From: an uncultured Chloroflexia bacterium
GTDB taxonomy: Bacteria > Chloroflexota > Dehalococcoidia > DSTF01 > JALHUB01
Direction of reading: 5' to 3'
Assembly (NCBI GenBank): GCA_963703345.1
Contig: OY969814.1
Coordinates: 32,001-96,000 of the forward strand
DNA: 64,000 nt
The notes beneath the pieces are model-generated. The model searched no databases. It was not told the origin of the DNA and was given only the letters and a program-made list of their open reading frames with translations. The position numbers and the translations under genes were made by a program. Position 1 is the first letter of the stretch; every line of letters starts with the position of its first letter. Below are positions 1 to 9,192 of this stretch, piece by piece.

Positions 1-667
1 CCGCGACCCAGCCGCTGCGACCCACCGGACGCCACCAGTCGTAGCCGTCGGCGGTCACCGGACCGTCCTCCAGCACTATCACCGTCCCGTCGGCGATGCA
101 GTTGACCGCCGCTTCCTTGATCCCCGGCGCCACGCGCACGTTCAGGCACGTCCCCGTACCGCCGACGACGACCTTCGCGCCTTTCTCCAGCGGCCAGGGC
201 GCTCCCGGCGCGTTCACCGTCTCCGGGTTCACCGGCAGCGTGCTCTCGACGGTCCAGGCGGTGCCCTGCTTGCGCAGGAAGACCCACGTCGTGAACTCGT
301 AGGAGCTGGGCCCGATGAGGAACGCCTTGCGGTCCTGCCGGTCGCCGCGCGCCGCCGAGCATAGCCCGGTACCTTGCGGCACTATCGCCGTCGTGCAATC
401 GCCGGCGTAGTCCTGCTTGAGCTGCGTCTTTATGTAGTCCGACAGCGCCTGCTCGACGCTGACCGTCTCGGCGGGCGTGCCGGTGACGCCGGCTTGCGGC
501 GTGCCGGCGCTGCTCTTGTCGTCGCCGCCGTTGCCGCCGCCGCCCTTCAACGACATGCCGAGGAAGACGGCGCCGCCCGCAATGGCGACGATTATGATGA
601 GGGCACCGACCCACTTGACGGGACCAAGCCGGGAGCCGCTCCCCAGCGGTGGTAGATTCTCAGTCAT
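1..667 (-). CDS. Membrane-anchored SH3-domain protein (partial, runs off window start)
   Basis: ATG at 667 overlaps the suhB stop. Translation MTENLPPLGSGSRLGPVKWVGALIIIVAIAGGAVFLGM (TM) ... CLNVRVAPG...VLEDGPVTADGYDWW..GWVA resembles a bacterial SH3 domain. Not in the ORF track because no stop falls in the window. Confidence 0.7.
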   Translation of the reverse strand, partial: MTENLPPLGSGSRLGPVKWVGALIIIVAIAGGAVFLGMSLKGGGGNGGDDKSSAGTPQAGVTGTPAETVSVEQALSDYIKTQLKQDYAGDCTTAIVPQGTGLCSAARGDRQDRKAFLIGPSSYEFTTWVFLRKQGTAWTVESTLPVNPETVNAPGAPWPLEKGAKVVVGGTGTCLNVRVAPGIKEAAVNCIADGTVIVLEDGPVTADGYDWWRPVGRSGWVA

Positions 668-1520
668 GTTGTCCGCCCTCCCTCTTGATTGACTTCTCGT
701 CGCGCCACGGCTTGCCCGCGGCCAGGCGCAGGAAATCCTCGTGCACCAGCGCTCCGCCGGCTATAGCGCCCTCGCTGTAGAGGCCTATCGGGCCGCCTTC
801 GCGATCGGTTATGACGCCGCCGGCCTCCCGCAGGAGGAGGATGCCGGCCGCCAGGTCCCAGGGGTAGAGAAGGTTGTGCACGAACAGGTCGTAGCGACCG
901 CACGCGGCGTAGGCGAGGCCCAGCGCCGCGCTTCCCGGAATACGAATCGCCTGCATGCCGGGCCAGAGCTCGCACATCAAGTTGAGCATGAGGTTGGCGC
1001 GCCCGTCGTCGTAGCCCATGTCGAAGCCCATGACCGACGATTGCAACGAATCCCTCTTCGAAACGTGCAGCGGCTGTTCGCCGAGCCAAGCGCCCTGGCC
1101 CTTCAGCGCGCGAAAAAGCTCGTCGTGCACGGGGTCGAACGTCCAGCCGGCAAGCGGCTCGCCGGCGAAGCAGAGGGCGATGTTGATGCAGAAGAAGGGG
1201 ATGCCGCTGACGTAGTTGCGCGTGCCGTCGAGGGGGTCGACGACCCAGGTCCAGCCGCGGCGGGCGTTCACGGAGGGACTGGTCTCCTCCGAAAGCAGGG
1301 CATGGTCAGGGAACTCCTCGGCGAGCGTCCGCTGGATGTGCGTTTCGATGGCCAGGTCCACCTGGGTGACGAGGTTGCCGCGGCCCTTCACGGTCACGGC
1401 CTGGGGCTGGTGAAAGCGCTCCATCGCCAGACGCCCGCCCTCGGCGAGACAGCGGCGGGCCACTGACTCCGCGTTGTCGCCGCTTCGGGCGACCGGCAGT
1501 TCGAGCGACCGGCTAGACAT
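660..1520 (-). CDS. suhB: Inositol monophosphatase family protein
   Basis: Motifs LVTQVD, SEE, WVVDPLDGTRNY, GSAAL, PWDLAAG. Start placed at MSSRSLEL (1520). Confidence 0.9.
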   Translation of the reverse strand: MSSRSLELPVARSGDNAESVARRCLAEGGRLAMERFHQPQAVTVKGRGNLVTQVDLAIETHIQRTLAEEFPDHALLSEETSPSVNARRGWTWVVDPLDGTRNYVSGIPFFCINIALCFAGEPLAGWTFDPVHDELFRALKGQGAWLGEQPLHVSKRDSLQSSVMGFDMGYDDGRANLMLNLMCELWPGMQAIRIPGSAALGLAYAACGRYDLFVHNLLYPWDLAAGILLLREAGGVITDREGGPIGLYSEGAIAGGALVHEDFLRLAAGKPWRDEKSIKREGGQHD

Positions 1521-1640
1521 GCGACAGCCTATCTCTGGGCGAAGCGCGAAGCCCCCGCGCCAGGTAGGGAAATCGTAGCACGCGACACATAGCGGCGGCA
1601 AGGAGAGCGGGACTTTCGCGCGACGGCGGTGCGCCATCCC

Positions 1641-1667
1641 CGGGCCGCTCGGGTTGCCGAGCGGCCC
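1641..1667. repeat. REP-like GC-rich hairpin, copy 1
   Basis: GGGCCGCTCGG-GTTG-CCGAGCGGCCC; 26 nt identical to 32785-32810. Confidence 0.7.
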
Positions 1668-1759
1668 CGCGTGCGACAGTAACGTCGCAGCGTCGAGAAT
1701 GGCGTCGTTGAGTATGCTCGACCTCCCGCAACCGGCTCGAGGAGCCTTCTAATCACAGC

Positions 1760-1788
1760 TTGACTTTCTGGGGAAAGCCTGCTAGAGT
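1760..1788 (+). promoter_or_regulatory. Sigma70-type promoter of the nad operon
   Basis: TTGACT (1760-1765), 17-nt spacer, TGc-TAGAGT extended -10 (1783-1788). Confidence 0.7.
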
Positions 1789-1808
1789 TAGTGTACGTTT
1801 GACACTAA
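1788..1808. promoter_or_regulatory. NrtR-type operator upstream of nadA
   Basis: 21-bp palindrome TTAGTGT-ACGTTTG-ACACTAA with the GT-N7-AC core typical of NrtR boxes; overlaps the -10/TSS region. Confidence 0.75.
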
Positions 1809-1858
1809 GTCCCACCTCCGGGATGTGCGGACGCCCCAGCCGAGCAGAGGAGGCCGCA

Positions 1859-3049
1859 ATGGTCAAAGAGGCCCTTCTTCCACCGACCGGCCGCCTGCTG
1901 CCGTGCGATCCCGTCGCCACCGTTCCCCTCGACCAGCAGCTTGCGTTCGCTCGCTGGCAGCAGGACATCCCGCTCGACTACCGCTCCCTCGCCGCGCCGG
2001 AACTCATGGACCGTATCGCCGCGGCGAAAGCGACGCTTGGCGAACGGCTCGTCATCCTCGGCCACCACTATCAGCGCGATGACGTCATTCGCTTCGCCGA
2101 CCAGCGCGGCGATTCGCTCAAGCTGGCGCAGTGGGCCGCGGGCAATCGACGCGCCGACTACGTCGTCTTCTGCGGCGTTCATTTCATGGCGGAGAGCGCC
2201 GACATCCTCTGCGCCGCGCATCAGCAGGTCGTCCTGCCCAACATGACCGCCGGCTGCTCTATGGCCGACATGGCCTCCGCCGCCGACGTCCGCTCCTGCT
2301 GGCAAGAGCTCGAAGATGCGGGGCTCGCCGCTGACACGCTCCCCGTCACCTACATCAACTCGACGGCGGCGCTCAAGGCCTTCTGCGGCGAGCGCGGCGG
2401 CGTCGTCTGCACCTCGTCGAACGCGCCCGCCGTCTTCCGCTGGGCGCTGGCACAGAGGCGACGCGTCCTCTTCTTCCCCGACGAGCACCTGGGCCGCGTG
2501 ACCGGCCGCTCTCTCAGCCTATCGACGACGGAGATGCCGGTCTGGCGCCGCCGGTCGCCGTGGGGAAACCTAGGCGGAAACGACGCCGCGACGCTGCGCG
2601 ACAGTCGGATCGTCCTCTGGAACGGCTATTGCGGCGTCCACCAGCGCTTCACCGTCGAGCAGGTCCGCCGCGTCCGAGAGCAGCTTCCCAGCGTGCGCGT
2701 CGTCGTCCACCCGGAGTGCCGGCTGGAGGTTGTCGAGGCGGCGGATAGCTACGGTTCGACCGAGCACATCATCCGCGCCGTCGTCGAATCGCCGGCGGGC
2801 AGCCGCTGGGCCGTCGGCACAGAGATAAACCTGGTCAACCGTCTCGGCCGCGAGAACCCCGACAAGACCGTCGTCTCGCTCGACGCCGACCCGTGCCCCT
2901 GCTCGACGATGTACCGCATTCATCCCGCCTATCTTTGCTGGGTGCTCGAGAGCCTGGTGGAAGGCGAAGTGGTGAACCGGGTGATGGTCGAACCGGAGAC
3001 GGCCGGCTACGCCAAGCTCGCCCTCGACCGCATGCTGGCGCTCGGGTAG
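1859..3049 (+). CDS. nadA: Quinolinate synthase
   Basis: HHYQR, FCGVHFMAESA, GCSMADMA, TYINS, CTSSNA, HPEC, CPCSTM; GGAGG SD before ATG 1859. Confidence 0.95.
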   Translation: MVKEALLPPTGRLLPCDPVATVPLDQQLAFARWQQDIPLDYRSLAAPELMDRIAAAKATLGERLVILGHHYQRDDVIRFADQRGDSLKLAQWAAGNRRADYVVFCGVHFMAESADILCAAHQQVVLPNMTAGCSMADMASAADVRSCWQELEDAGLAADTLPVTYINSTAALKAFCGERGGVVCTSSNAPAVFRWALAQRRRVLFFPDEHLGRVTGRSLSLSTTEMPVWRRRSPWGNLGGNDAATLRDSRIVLWNGYCGVHQRFTVEQVRRVREQLPSVRVVVHPECRLEVVEAADSYGSTEHIIRAVVESPAGSRWAVGTEINLVNRLGRENPDKTVVSLDADPCPCSTMYRIHPAYLCWVLESLVEGEVVNRVMVEPETAGYAKLALDRMLALG

Positions 3050-3085
3050 CGGCTCGCGTTCGCAGAGCCTCACAAGAGGACCGTC

Positions 3086-3463
3086 ATGCAAATCGACTTG
3101 GACCACGCTCATCTCTTCGCTTCGGACATCGACGCGACGATCCGCTGGTGGTGTGACATGCTCGGCGCCCGCGTGGTTTTCGATCTCGAGGTCGCGGGTG
3201 CGCGGAACGTTCGGCTGGCCGTTGGTCGCGGCTCCATCAATCTCTACGACCAGCCGCCGCGGGTTGCCGGTTCGGGTAGCGTCCACCATCTGGGCATCCA
3301 GACGGACGACCTCGAAGCGCTCGTCGCCTCCATGGAGGCAAAAGGCTTCCAATTCCGACGCCGGATCACGGACGCTGGGACCGTGAAGTACGTGATGGCT
3401 CGCGCTCCTAGCGATGTCCTGCTAGAGCTGTTCGAGGCGCCGGAACTGAAGGCGACTCAATGA
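3086..3463 (+). CDS. VOC/glyoxalase family protein
   Basis: LDHAHL...VHHLGIQTDDL...LLELFE pattern; GAGGA SD; ATGA overlap with nadB. Confidence 0.8.
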   Translation: MQIDLDHAHLFASDIDATIRWWCDMLGARVVFDLEVAGARNVRLAVGRGSINLYDQPPRVAGSGSVHHLGIQTDDLEALVASMEAKGFQFRRRITDAGTVKYVMARAPSDVLLELFEAPELKATQ

Positions 3464-4998
3464 AACAGTACGACTACGTCATCGTTGGCTCGGGCATCGC
3501 CGGCTTGTTCGCCGCGCTGCTTGCCAAGGACCACGGCCGCGTCCTCATCCTCACGAAGGACTCCATCGACGAGTGCAACACGAAGCACGCCCAGGGCGGC
3601 ATCGCCGCGCCCGTCGGGCCCGACGACTCGCCCGAGCTGCACCTGCGCGATACGCTGGCCGCCGGCGCCGGCCTGGTCGATGAAGAGGCGGCGCGCATTC
3701 TGACCAGCGAGGCGACCGAGCGCATCGCCGACCTCGTGCGCTTCGGCGTCCCCTTCGATAGCAGTGAGGGCCACGTCGAGCTCGGCCGCGAAGGCGCCCA
3801 TAGCCGCGCCCGCGTCCTCCACGCCGGCGGCGACTCCACCGGCGAGCACATCGAGCTCTCGCTCAGCAGCCTCGCGCGCATGTCTTCGGTGACGGTCCGC
3901 GAGTACAGCCTCGTCGAAGAAATTCTGACCGAAGGTGAAGTCACCTGCGGCGTCCAGTCGCTCGACGTTCGCTCCGGCGACCGTGAGCGCGTCGACGCGC
4001 GATTCGTCATCCTGGCAACCGGCGGCGCGGGCCACCTCTACCGCGTCACAACGAATCCGGAGGTGGCCACCGGCGACGGCGTGGCGCTGGCCTATCGCGC
4101 CGGCGCCGAGATCGCGGACATGGAGTTCTTCCAGTTCCACCCGACAGCGCTGCGCCTGCCCGGCGTGCCTGCCTTCCTCATCTCCGAGGCGGTGCGCGGC
4201 GAGGGCGGCGTCCTCCGCGACGAGAAGGGACGCGCCTTCATGACCGAGTACCACCCTCAGAGGGACCTGGCGCCCCGCGACGTCGTCGCCCGCGCCATCG
4301 TCGCCGAGATGACGCGCAGCGGCGCCGACCATGTGGACCTCGACGTGACGCATCTGCCGCCGGAGAAAGTCAGCGCCCGCTTCCCGCAGATCTACCGCTT
4401 CTGCCTGGATCACGGCGTCGACATCACGCGCCAGCCCATTCCCGTCTCACCGGCGGCCCACTATATGATGGGCGGCGTCCGGACGAACACCTGGGGCGAG
4501 ACGAACCTGCGCGGGCTCTACGCTTGCGGTGAGGTCGCCTGCACCGGCGTCCACGGCGCCAACCGTCTGGCGAGCAACTCGCTGCTGGAGACGGTCGTCT
4601 TCGCCCGTCGCGTCGTCGAAAGGACAGTCGACGCTGGCGAGCCGCAACCTCTGCCAAATGTCCAGACGATTCCCCTGCCGGATGCGTCGCCTGGGTCGAA
4701 GGCGAACCCGCCACTCGATAGGCCGGCGCTGCAATCGATCATGTGGGACGACGTCGGTATCATTCGGAGCGGCGAATCGCTCAGCCGCGCACGAGCGACG
4801 CTCTCCGCCTGGCAGAGCAGCCTTCCGCCGGCCCACGACCGCCCTTCGCACGAGCTGGCGAACCTGCTGCTGGTCGGCCGCCTGGTCACAGAAGCGGCGT
4901 TCCTGCGCGAGGAGAGTCGCGGCGCCCACTTCCGCAGCGACTTCCCGGAGCCGCGCGATTCCTGGCGTCGCCACATCGTATTTCGAAGAGATGACTGA
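3460..4998 (+). CDS. nadB: L-aspartate oxidase
   Basis: GSGIAG FAD motif, AQGGIAA, EGAHSRARVLH, QFHPT, SEAVRGEG, GVHGANRLASNSL, ESRGAHFR. Confidence 0.95.
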   Translation: MKQYDYVIVGSGIAGLFAALLAKDHGRVLILTKDSIDECNTKHAQGGIAAPVGPDDSPELHLRDTLAAGAGLVDEEAARILTSEATERIADLVRFGVPFDSSEGHVELGREGAHSRARVLHAGGDSTGEHIELSLSSLARMSSVTVREYSLVEEILTEGEVTCGVQSLDVRSGDRERVDARFVILATGGAGHLYRVTTNPEVATGDGVALAYRAGAEIADMEFFQFHPTALRLPGVPAFLISEAVRGEGGVLRDEKGRAFMTEYHPQRDLAPRDVVARAIVAEMTRSGADHVDLDVTHLPPEKVSARFPQIYRFCLDHGVDITRQPIPVSPAAHYMMGGVRTNTWGETNLRGLYACGEVACTGVHGANRLASNSLLETVVFARRVVERTVDAGEPQPLPNVQTIPLPDASPGSKANPPLDRPALQSIMWDDVGIIRSGESLSRARATLSAWQSSLPPAHDRPSHELANLLLVGRLVTEAAFLREESRGAHFRSDFPEPRDSWRRHIVFRRDD

Positions 4999-5860
4999 AG
5001 AGCAACACGACCTCGACGAAGAATACCTGCGCCGAATCGCGCTGGCCGCGCTGGAGGAAGACGGCGCCTTCGACGACGTAACCACCGCCGCCCTCGTCCC
5101 GGCCGACTTGTCGGGCAAGGCGGTGCTCCTCGCCAAGCAGGCCGGCGTCGTTGCCGGACTGCCCGTTGCCGCCGCCGTCTTCTATGCCGTCGACCCGTCG
5201 CTCTTCTTCCAGGCGCTCATCGCCGAGGGCGCGCGCGTCCAGCCGGGCGATGTCCTCGCGGAGATCGATGGGCCGGTGAACGCCATCCTTCGCGGCGAGC
5301 GCGTCGCTCTGAACCTGCTGCAGCGCCTCTCCGGCATCGCCACGGCCACCACCCGCCTCGTCGACGCCGTCGCCGGCCTGCCGACGCGCATTCTCGATAC
5401 CCGCAAGACGACGCCCGGTCTCCGCGCCCTGGAGCGCTATGCCGTTAGGATGGGCGGCGGGCAGAACCACCGCTGGAACCTGGCGACAGGCATTCTCGTC
5501 AAAGACAACCACTGGCGCGCCGTCGAGGCCGCGGGCGGCAGCATTGAGAGCGCCGTTCGGCGGTTGCGGGAGCGCGCGCCCGCCATGCCCGTCGAAGTGG
5601 AGGTCACGTCGATCGAGGAAGCGCGACAGGCGCTCGCCGCCGGCGTCGACGTCCTGCTGCTCGACAACATGCCCCCGGAGGAGATGCGCCGTGTCGTGAA
5701 GATCGCGCGCGGCCGGGCCACGACCGAGGCGTCGGGCGGGATCACGGAAGCGACGGTGCGGACGGTCGCGGAAACGGGCGTCGATTGCATTTCCGTCGGC
5801 GCCGTCACGCACTCAGCGCCCGCGCTGGACATCAGCCTGGAACTAGAGGCGCTGCCATGA
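4991..5860 (+). CDS. nadC: Nicotinate-nucleotide diphosphorylase (carboxylating)
   Basis: ALEED..DVTT, ERVALN, DTRKTTPG, NHR, KDNH, EVEV, LLDNM, EASGG. Start ATG 4991 overlaps the nadB end. Confidence 0.95.
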   Translation: MTEEQHDLDEEYLRRIALAALEEDGAFDDVTTAALVPADLSGKAVLLAKQAGVVAGLPVAAAVFYAVDPSLFFQALIAEGARVQPGDVLAEIDGPVNAILRGERVALNLLQRLSGIATATTRLVDAVAGLPTRILDTRKTTPGLRALERYAVRMGGGQNHRWNLATGILVKDNHWRAVEAAGGSIESAVRRLRERAPAMPVEVEVTSIEEARQALAAGVDVLLLDNMPPEEMRRVVKIARGRATTEASGGITEATVRTVAETGVDCISVGAVTHSAPALDISLELEALP

Positions 5861-5910
5861 TCCGCGGATCAACTAGACGGGGACAAGCGTGATATTTGTT
5901 CCGTGGTCGG

Positions 5911-6020
5911 TAGAATCAGTTCTGCGGGATGAATCCCGCAGCCTGCACCCGACATCGCTTTGCGAAGGCTGAGGGTTTCCGACCCTCAGAATCGTTCAAA
6001 TACCCGCACGACTGATTCTA
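5911..6020. mobile_element. MITE/REPIN-like 110-bp element with terminal inverted repeats
   Basis: Ends TAGAATCAGT.. / ..ACTGATTCTA with an extended imperfect TGCGGG match; TA at both ends; two internal palindromes. Confidence 0.55.
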
Positions 6021-6740
6021 ACTGTAGACCACCACGCGCGTCCCTATCGTGGCGAAGCCCCAGAACCACTTAGCGTCGTCCTCCAGCATGCCCACGCAGC
6101 CGTGACTCGACGCCGTGTGCCCGAAGACGCTGATCGGCTGCCAGTAGTTGTCGTGCAGCGCAACGGTGGGGTAGAAGTACTGCGTCCAGAGGACGTCCTT
6201 GAGGTAGTAGCCCAGCGGGTCCTCGCGCGGGATGCCGATTGTCTGCGAGTCCATCGTCTCATTCTGCTTGCGGTAGTTGATCCGGTAGTCGCCCGGCTTC
6301 GTCTCGAACCCCGGCATGCCCGTGGTCACCAGCGCCACGTGCACAACCTTATCGCCGATCAGTCCGTAAGCACGCTGTGTCGACACGTCCACCGCTATCC
6401 AGTGCTCCTCCGGCCCATGGGCGATGCCGGGCGGCGCCGTCGCTGTCGGCAGCTCTTCGGCCGCGACATCGTAGGGCGAGGGCCAGGGCGTCGAGGTCGG
6501 CGCCGTCGCCGTCGCGACCCCGACCCACCACTGGAAGACGTCGTTCTGCTCCTTCTGAACGTTCGTGGTGGGTTGTGGCGAAGGCGTCGCTTCGAAGCCT
6601 TCGACGGCATCGACCGCGCCGTCGCCGGGGTCGTTCGAGCCATGGGTCCAGGGCAGGGAGAAGGCGAGCAGGGCGAGGGACAGAGGGATGAGCAGGCCGG
6701 GGACGACTAAGCGGAGGACGGTGCGACGCCTCATGGCCAT
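6018..6740 (-). CDS. L,D-transpeptidase (YkuD family) with N-terminal signal/TM and Pro/Thr linker
   Basis: WIAVDVSTQ..., ALH...SHGCVG catalytic motif, GTRVVV. Confidence 0.85.
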   Translation of the reverse strand: MAMRRRTVLRLVVPGLLIPLSLALLAFSLPWTHGSNDPGDGAVDAVEGFEATPSPQPTTNVQKEQNDVFQWWVGVATATAPTSTPWPSPYDVAAEELPTATAPPGIAHGPEEHWIAVDVSTQRAYGLIGDKVVHVALVTTGMPGFETKPGDYRINYRKQNETMDSQTIGIPREDPLGYYLKDVLWTQYFYPTVALHDNYWQPISVFGHTASSHGCVGMLEDDAKWFWGFATIGTRVVVYS

Positions 6741-6801
6741 AACCCGATCTTTGCTAGAGCGGGCACCCTACGCGATTATATGACGGTTCGAACTGCGGCG
6801 T

Positions 6802-7266
6802 CTATCCTCTTCGCGGACGCTGCAAATCGGCGCTGTCCAGCATTATTGTTACAGGCCCGTCGTTTACCAGCTCGACCTTCATGTGCGCTCCGAAACGCCC
6901 GCTCGCCACGTGCAGGCCCGCCGCCCGCAGCGACTCCTCGAACTCCAGCACCAGCGCTTCCGCCACCTCCGGCGCCGCCGCCTCGGTGAAGCTGGGCCGC
7001 CTTCCCCGACGCGTATCGGCGAGCAGCGTGAACTGGCTGACCACCAGAGCCTCGCCGCCGCCGTCGAGGAGCGACAGATTGAAGTGGCCGTCGGCGTCCT
7101 CGAAGATGCGGAGCTCCGCCGCTTTGCGGGCCAGCCGGCGCGCTTCGTCGATGCCGTCGCCCGCAGCCACGCCCAGCAGGATGAGGCTACCGGCGCCGAT
7201 AGCGCCCACGGCCTCGCCGTCCACTTCGACGGAGGCCCTGCTGACGCGCTGGATGAGGGCCTTCAC
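6802..7266 (-). CDS. dtd: D-aminoacyl-tRNA deacylase
   Basis: [40 protein letters not shown]. Confidence 0.95.
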   Translation of the reverse strand: MKALIQRVSRASVEVDGEAVGAIGAGSLILLGVAAGDGIDEARRLARKAAELRIFEDADGHFNLSLLDGGGEALVVSQFTLLADTRRGRRPSFTEAAAPEVAEALVLEFEESLRAAGLHVASGRFGAHMKVELVNDGPVTIMLDSADLQRPRRG

Positions 7267-7275
7267 GGCGTCCCT

Positions 7276-7611
7276 CTAGCTTGCGGCGGCCGTCTCTGAC
7301 GTTTTTTCGGGGGTCTTGCTCGCCGGCTTGCTCTCGGCGACAGGAGCGGCTGCTTCGACGCTTTCGACGCTGGAGTCCTTTTCGCCGTTGCCGCCGTTAG
7401 AGCCGGCGCCGGTCGAAGAGCCAACGAGACCGCTCTTTCGGTTGTCGGTCACATAGAAGCCGCTGGTCTTGAAGAGAACGGGAGGCGCGTAAAGGACGCG
7501 TCGCGACTCGCCGCCGCAGCGGGAGCAAGCTTGGGTAGCGGGAGCGTCGAAGCCTTCGCGCGTCTCGTACTGATAGCCGCACTGAGTGCATCGATACTCG
7601 TAGGTTGGCAA
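7276..7611 (-). CDS. FmdB-family zinc-ribbon protein
   Basis: MPTYEYRCTQCG...CSRCGG...FKTSGFYVTD; GGAGG SD before TTG. Confidence 0.85.
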   Translation of the reverse strand: MPTYEYRCTQCGYQYETREGFDAPATQACSRCGGESRRVLYAPPVLFKTSGFYVTDNRKSGLVGSSTGAGSNGGNGEKDSSVESVEAAAPVAESKPASKTPEKTSETAAAS

Positions 7612-7700
7612 TTCCGGGACCTCCGTGAATCCGTGGTAATTCTAATTTACTTAACTTGCGCCCAAACGGCAAGCGCCGAACGCCACGGCCGCAACGACCG

Positions 7701-7729
7701 TTGCCCGCCGTGAAGCTATGTGATATAGT
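7701..7729 (+). promoter_or_regulatory. Promoter of rpsB-tsf
   Basis: TTGCCC-17 nt-TATAGT with TG extension. Confidence 0.6.
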
Positions 7730-7739
7730 GAGTGACGCT

Positions 7740-7806
7740 CGCCCGCGTGCCTCTAGGGGCACAAGCGGGCGGGTTATTGCAGTTGGCATTTCACTAGGCG
7801 GAGGAG
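7740..7806 (+). promoter_or_regulatory. Structured rpsB leader (possible S2 autoregulatory RNA)
   Basis: Hairpin cgcccgc-gtgcc..ggcac-aa-gcgggcg, then GGCGGAGG. Position matches known rpsB leaders; function inferred. Confidence 0.4.
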
Positions 7807-7818
7807 ATTATTCCAGCA

Positions 7819-8679
7819 TTGCTCGCGCCCGTCAGCATGAAGTCGCTCCTCGAGGCCGGAGTTCATTTCGGCCACCAGACGCAGCGTTGGGACCCGCGCA
7901 TGCGTCCTTACATATTCATGGAGCGAAACGGCATCCACATCATCGACCTCCAGCAGACGGTCCAGTACCTGAATCGCGCCTGCGACTACGTGCGCGACCT
8001 CGTCGGCAGCGGCCAGACGATCCTTTTCTGCGGCACGAAACGCCAGGCCCAGGAGTCGGTTGAAGCCGAAGCCAAGCGCTGCATGATGCCTTATGTCAAC
8101 AATCGCTGGCTCGGCGGCACGCTCACGAACTTCGCGACAATCCAGTCGCGGATCGACCACCTCGTCCGCCTGGAGGACAACAAATCCCGCGGCGAGTTCG
8201 ACCGCCTTCCCAAGAAGGAGGTCATGAAGCTCGACAAGGAGACAGAGCGCCTCAACCGTCATTTCGGCGGCGTCAAGGAGATGACGGCCGTCCCCGGCGC
8301 CATCTTCATCGTCGACACCACCGCCGAGCGCATCGCCGTCGCCGAGGCCCAGCGCGTGGGCATCCCCATCGTCGCGATGGTCGATACGAACGGCAACCCG
8401 GACGAGATCGACTACCCGATACCTTCGAACGACGACGCCATTCGCGCCGTCCGGCTCGTCACCAGCCGCATGGCCGACGCCGTCCTCGAAGGCTTGGCGC
8501 TGCGCGAGTACACGCCGGAAGCGGCGGAGGTGCTTGCCGGCCAGACCTACAGCGTCTCGCCCGACGAGGAGGTGGCCGAGCCGGCGGAGGAAGAGGCGGA
8601 AGAGACGGGCGAGCCAAGTGAAACTACATCAGCGGAAGAACCGTCCGCTGCCACGAACGAAACGGAAGGGACCGCATAA
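7819..8679 (+). CDS. rpsB: 30S ribosomal protein S2
   Basis: [37 protein letters not shown]; acidic tail. Confidence 0.97.
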   Translation: MLAPVSMKSLLEAGVHFGHQTQRWDPRMRPYIFMERNGIHIIDLQQTVQYLNRACDYVRDLVGSGQTILFCGTKRQAQESVEAEAKRCMMPYVNNRWLGGTLTNFATIQSRIDHLVRLEDNKSRGEFDRLPKKEVMKLDKETERLNRHFGGVKEMTAVPGAIFIVDTTAERIAVAEAQRVGIPIVAMVDTNGNPDEIDYPIPSNDDAIRAVRLVTSRMADAVLEGLALREYTPEAAEVLAGQTYSVSPDEEVAEPAEEEAEETGEPSETTSAEEPSAATNETEGTA

Positions 8680-9183
8680 GTGGAGGTTACCGCACAAGAA
8701 GTCAAAGAGCTTCGAGAGATGACCGGCGCCGGCGTCATGGACTGCAAGCGCGCACTCCAGGAAGCCGGCGGCGATAAAGCCAAGGCCGCGGAGATACTGC
8801 GCAAGCGCGGCCTCAGCGCGGCGGAAAAGAAATCGCACCGGACGACGGAGCAGGGACTCGTGGAGTGCTACATCCATGCCGGCGGCCGCATCGGCGCCAT
8901 GGTCGAGGTGAACTGCGAAACGGACTTCGTCGCGCGAACACCCGACTTCAAGGCGCTGGCCCGTGACCTGGCGATGCAGGTCGCCGCGACCGGCCCGCTC
9001 TGCGTCGCCGAGGAAGAGCTTCCCGCCGGCGCCCCGGGCGACCCAAAAGAGCTGTGCCTGCTGCGTCAGGATTATATCCGCGATCCTTCGCGCACCGTTC
9101 TCGACATCGTCAACGACGTGATCGCCAAGACCGGCGAGAACGTCAGAGTCCGTCGTTTCGCGAGATTCGAGCTGGGCAGCTAG
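8680..9183 (+). CDS. tsf: Elongation factor Ts (short form)
   Basis: VKELREMTGAGVMDCK, EVNCETDFVA, GENVRVRRFARF. Confidence 0.95.
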   Translation: MEVTAQEVKELREMTGAGVMDCKRALQEAGGDKAKAAEILRKRGLSAAEKKSHRTTEQGLVECYIHAGGRIGAMVEVNCETDFVARTPDFKALARDLAMQVAATGPLCVAEEELPAGAPGDPKELCLLRQDYIRDPSRTVLDIVNDVIAKTGENVRVRRFARFELGS

Positions 9184-9192
9184 GGCCACGCC

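Noticed and set aside
8680-9183. 167-aa EF-Ts as a truncated pseudogene
   Set aside because: Short EF-Ts forms are known (Thermus, Dehalococcoides); motifs and C-terminus are intact.
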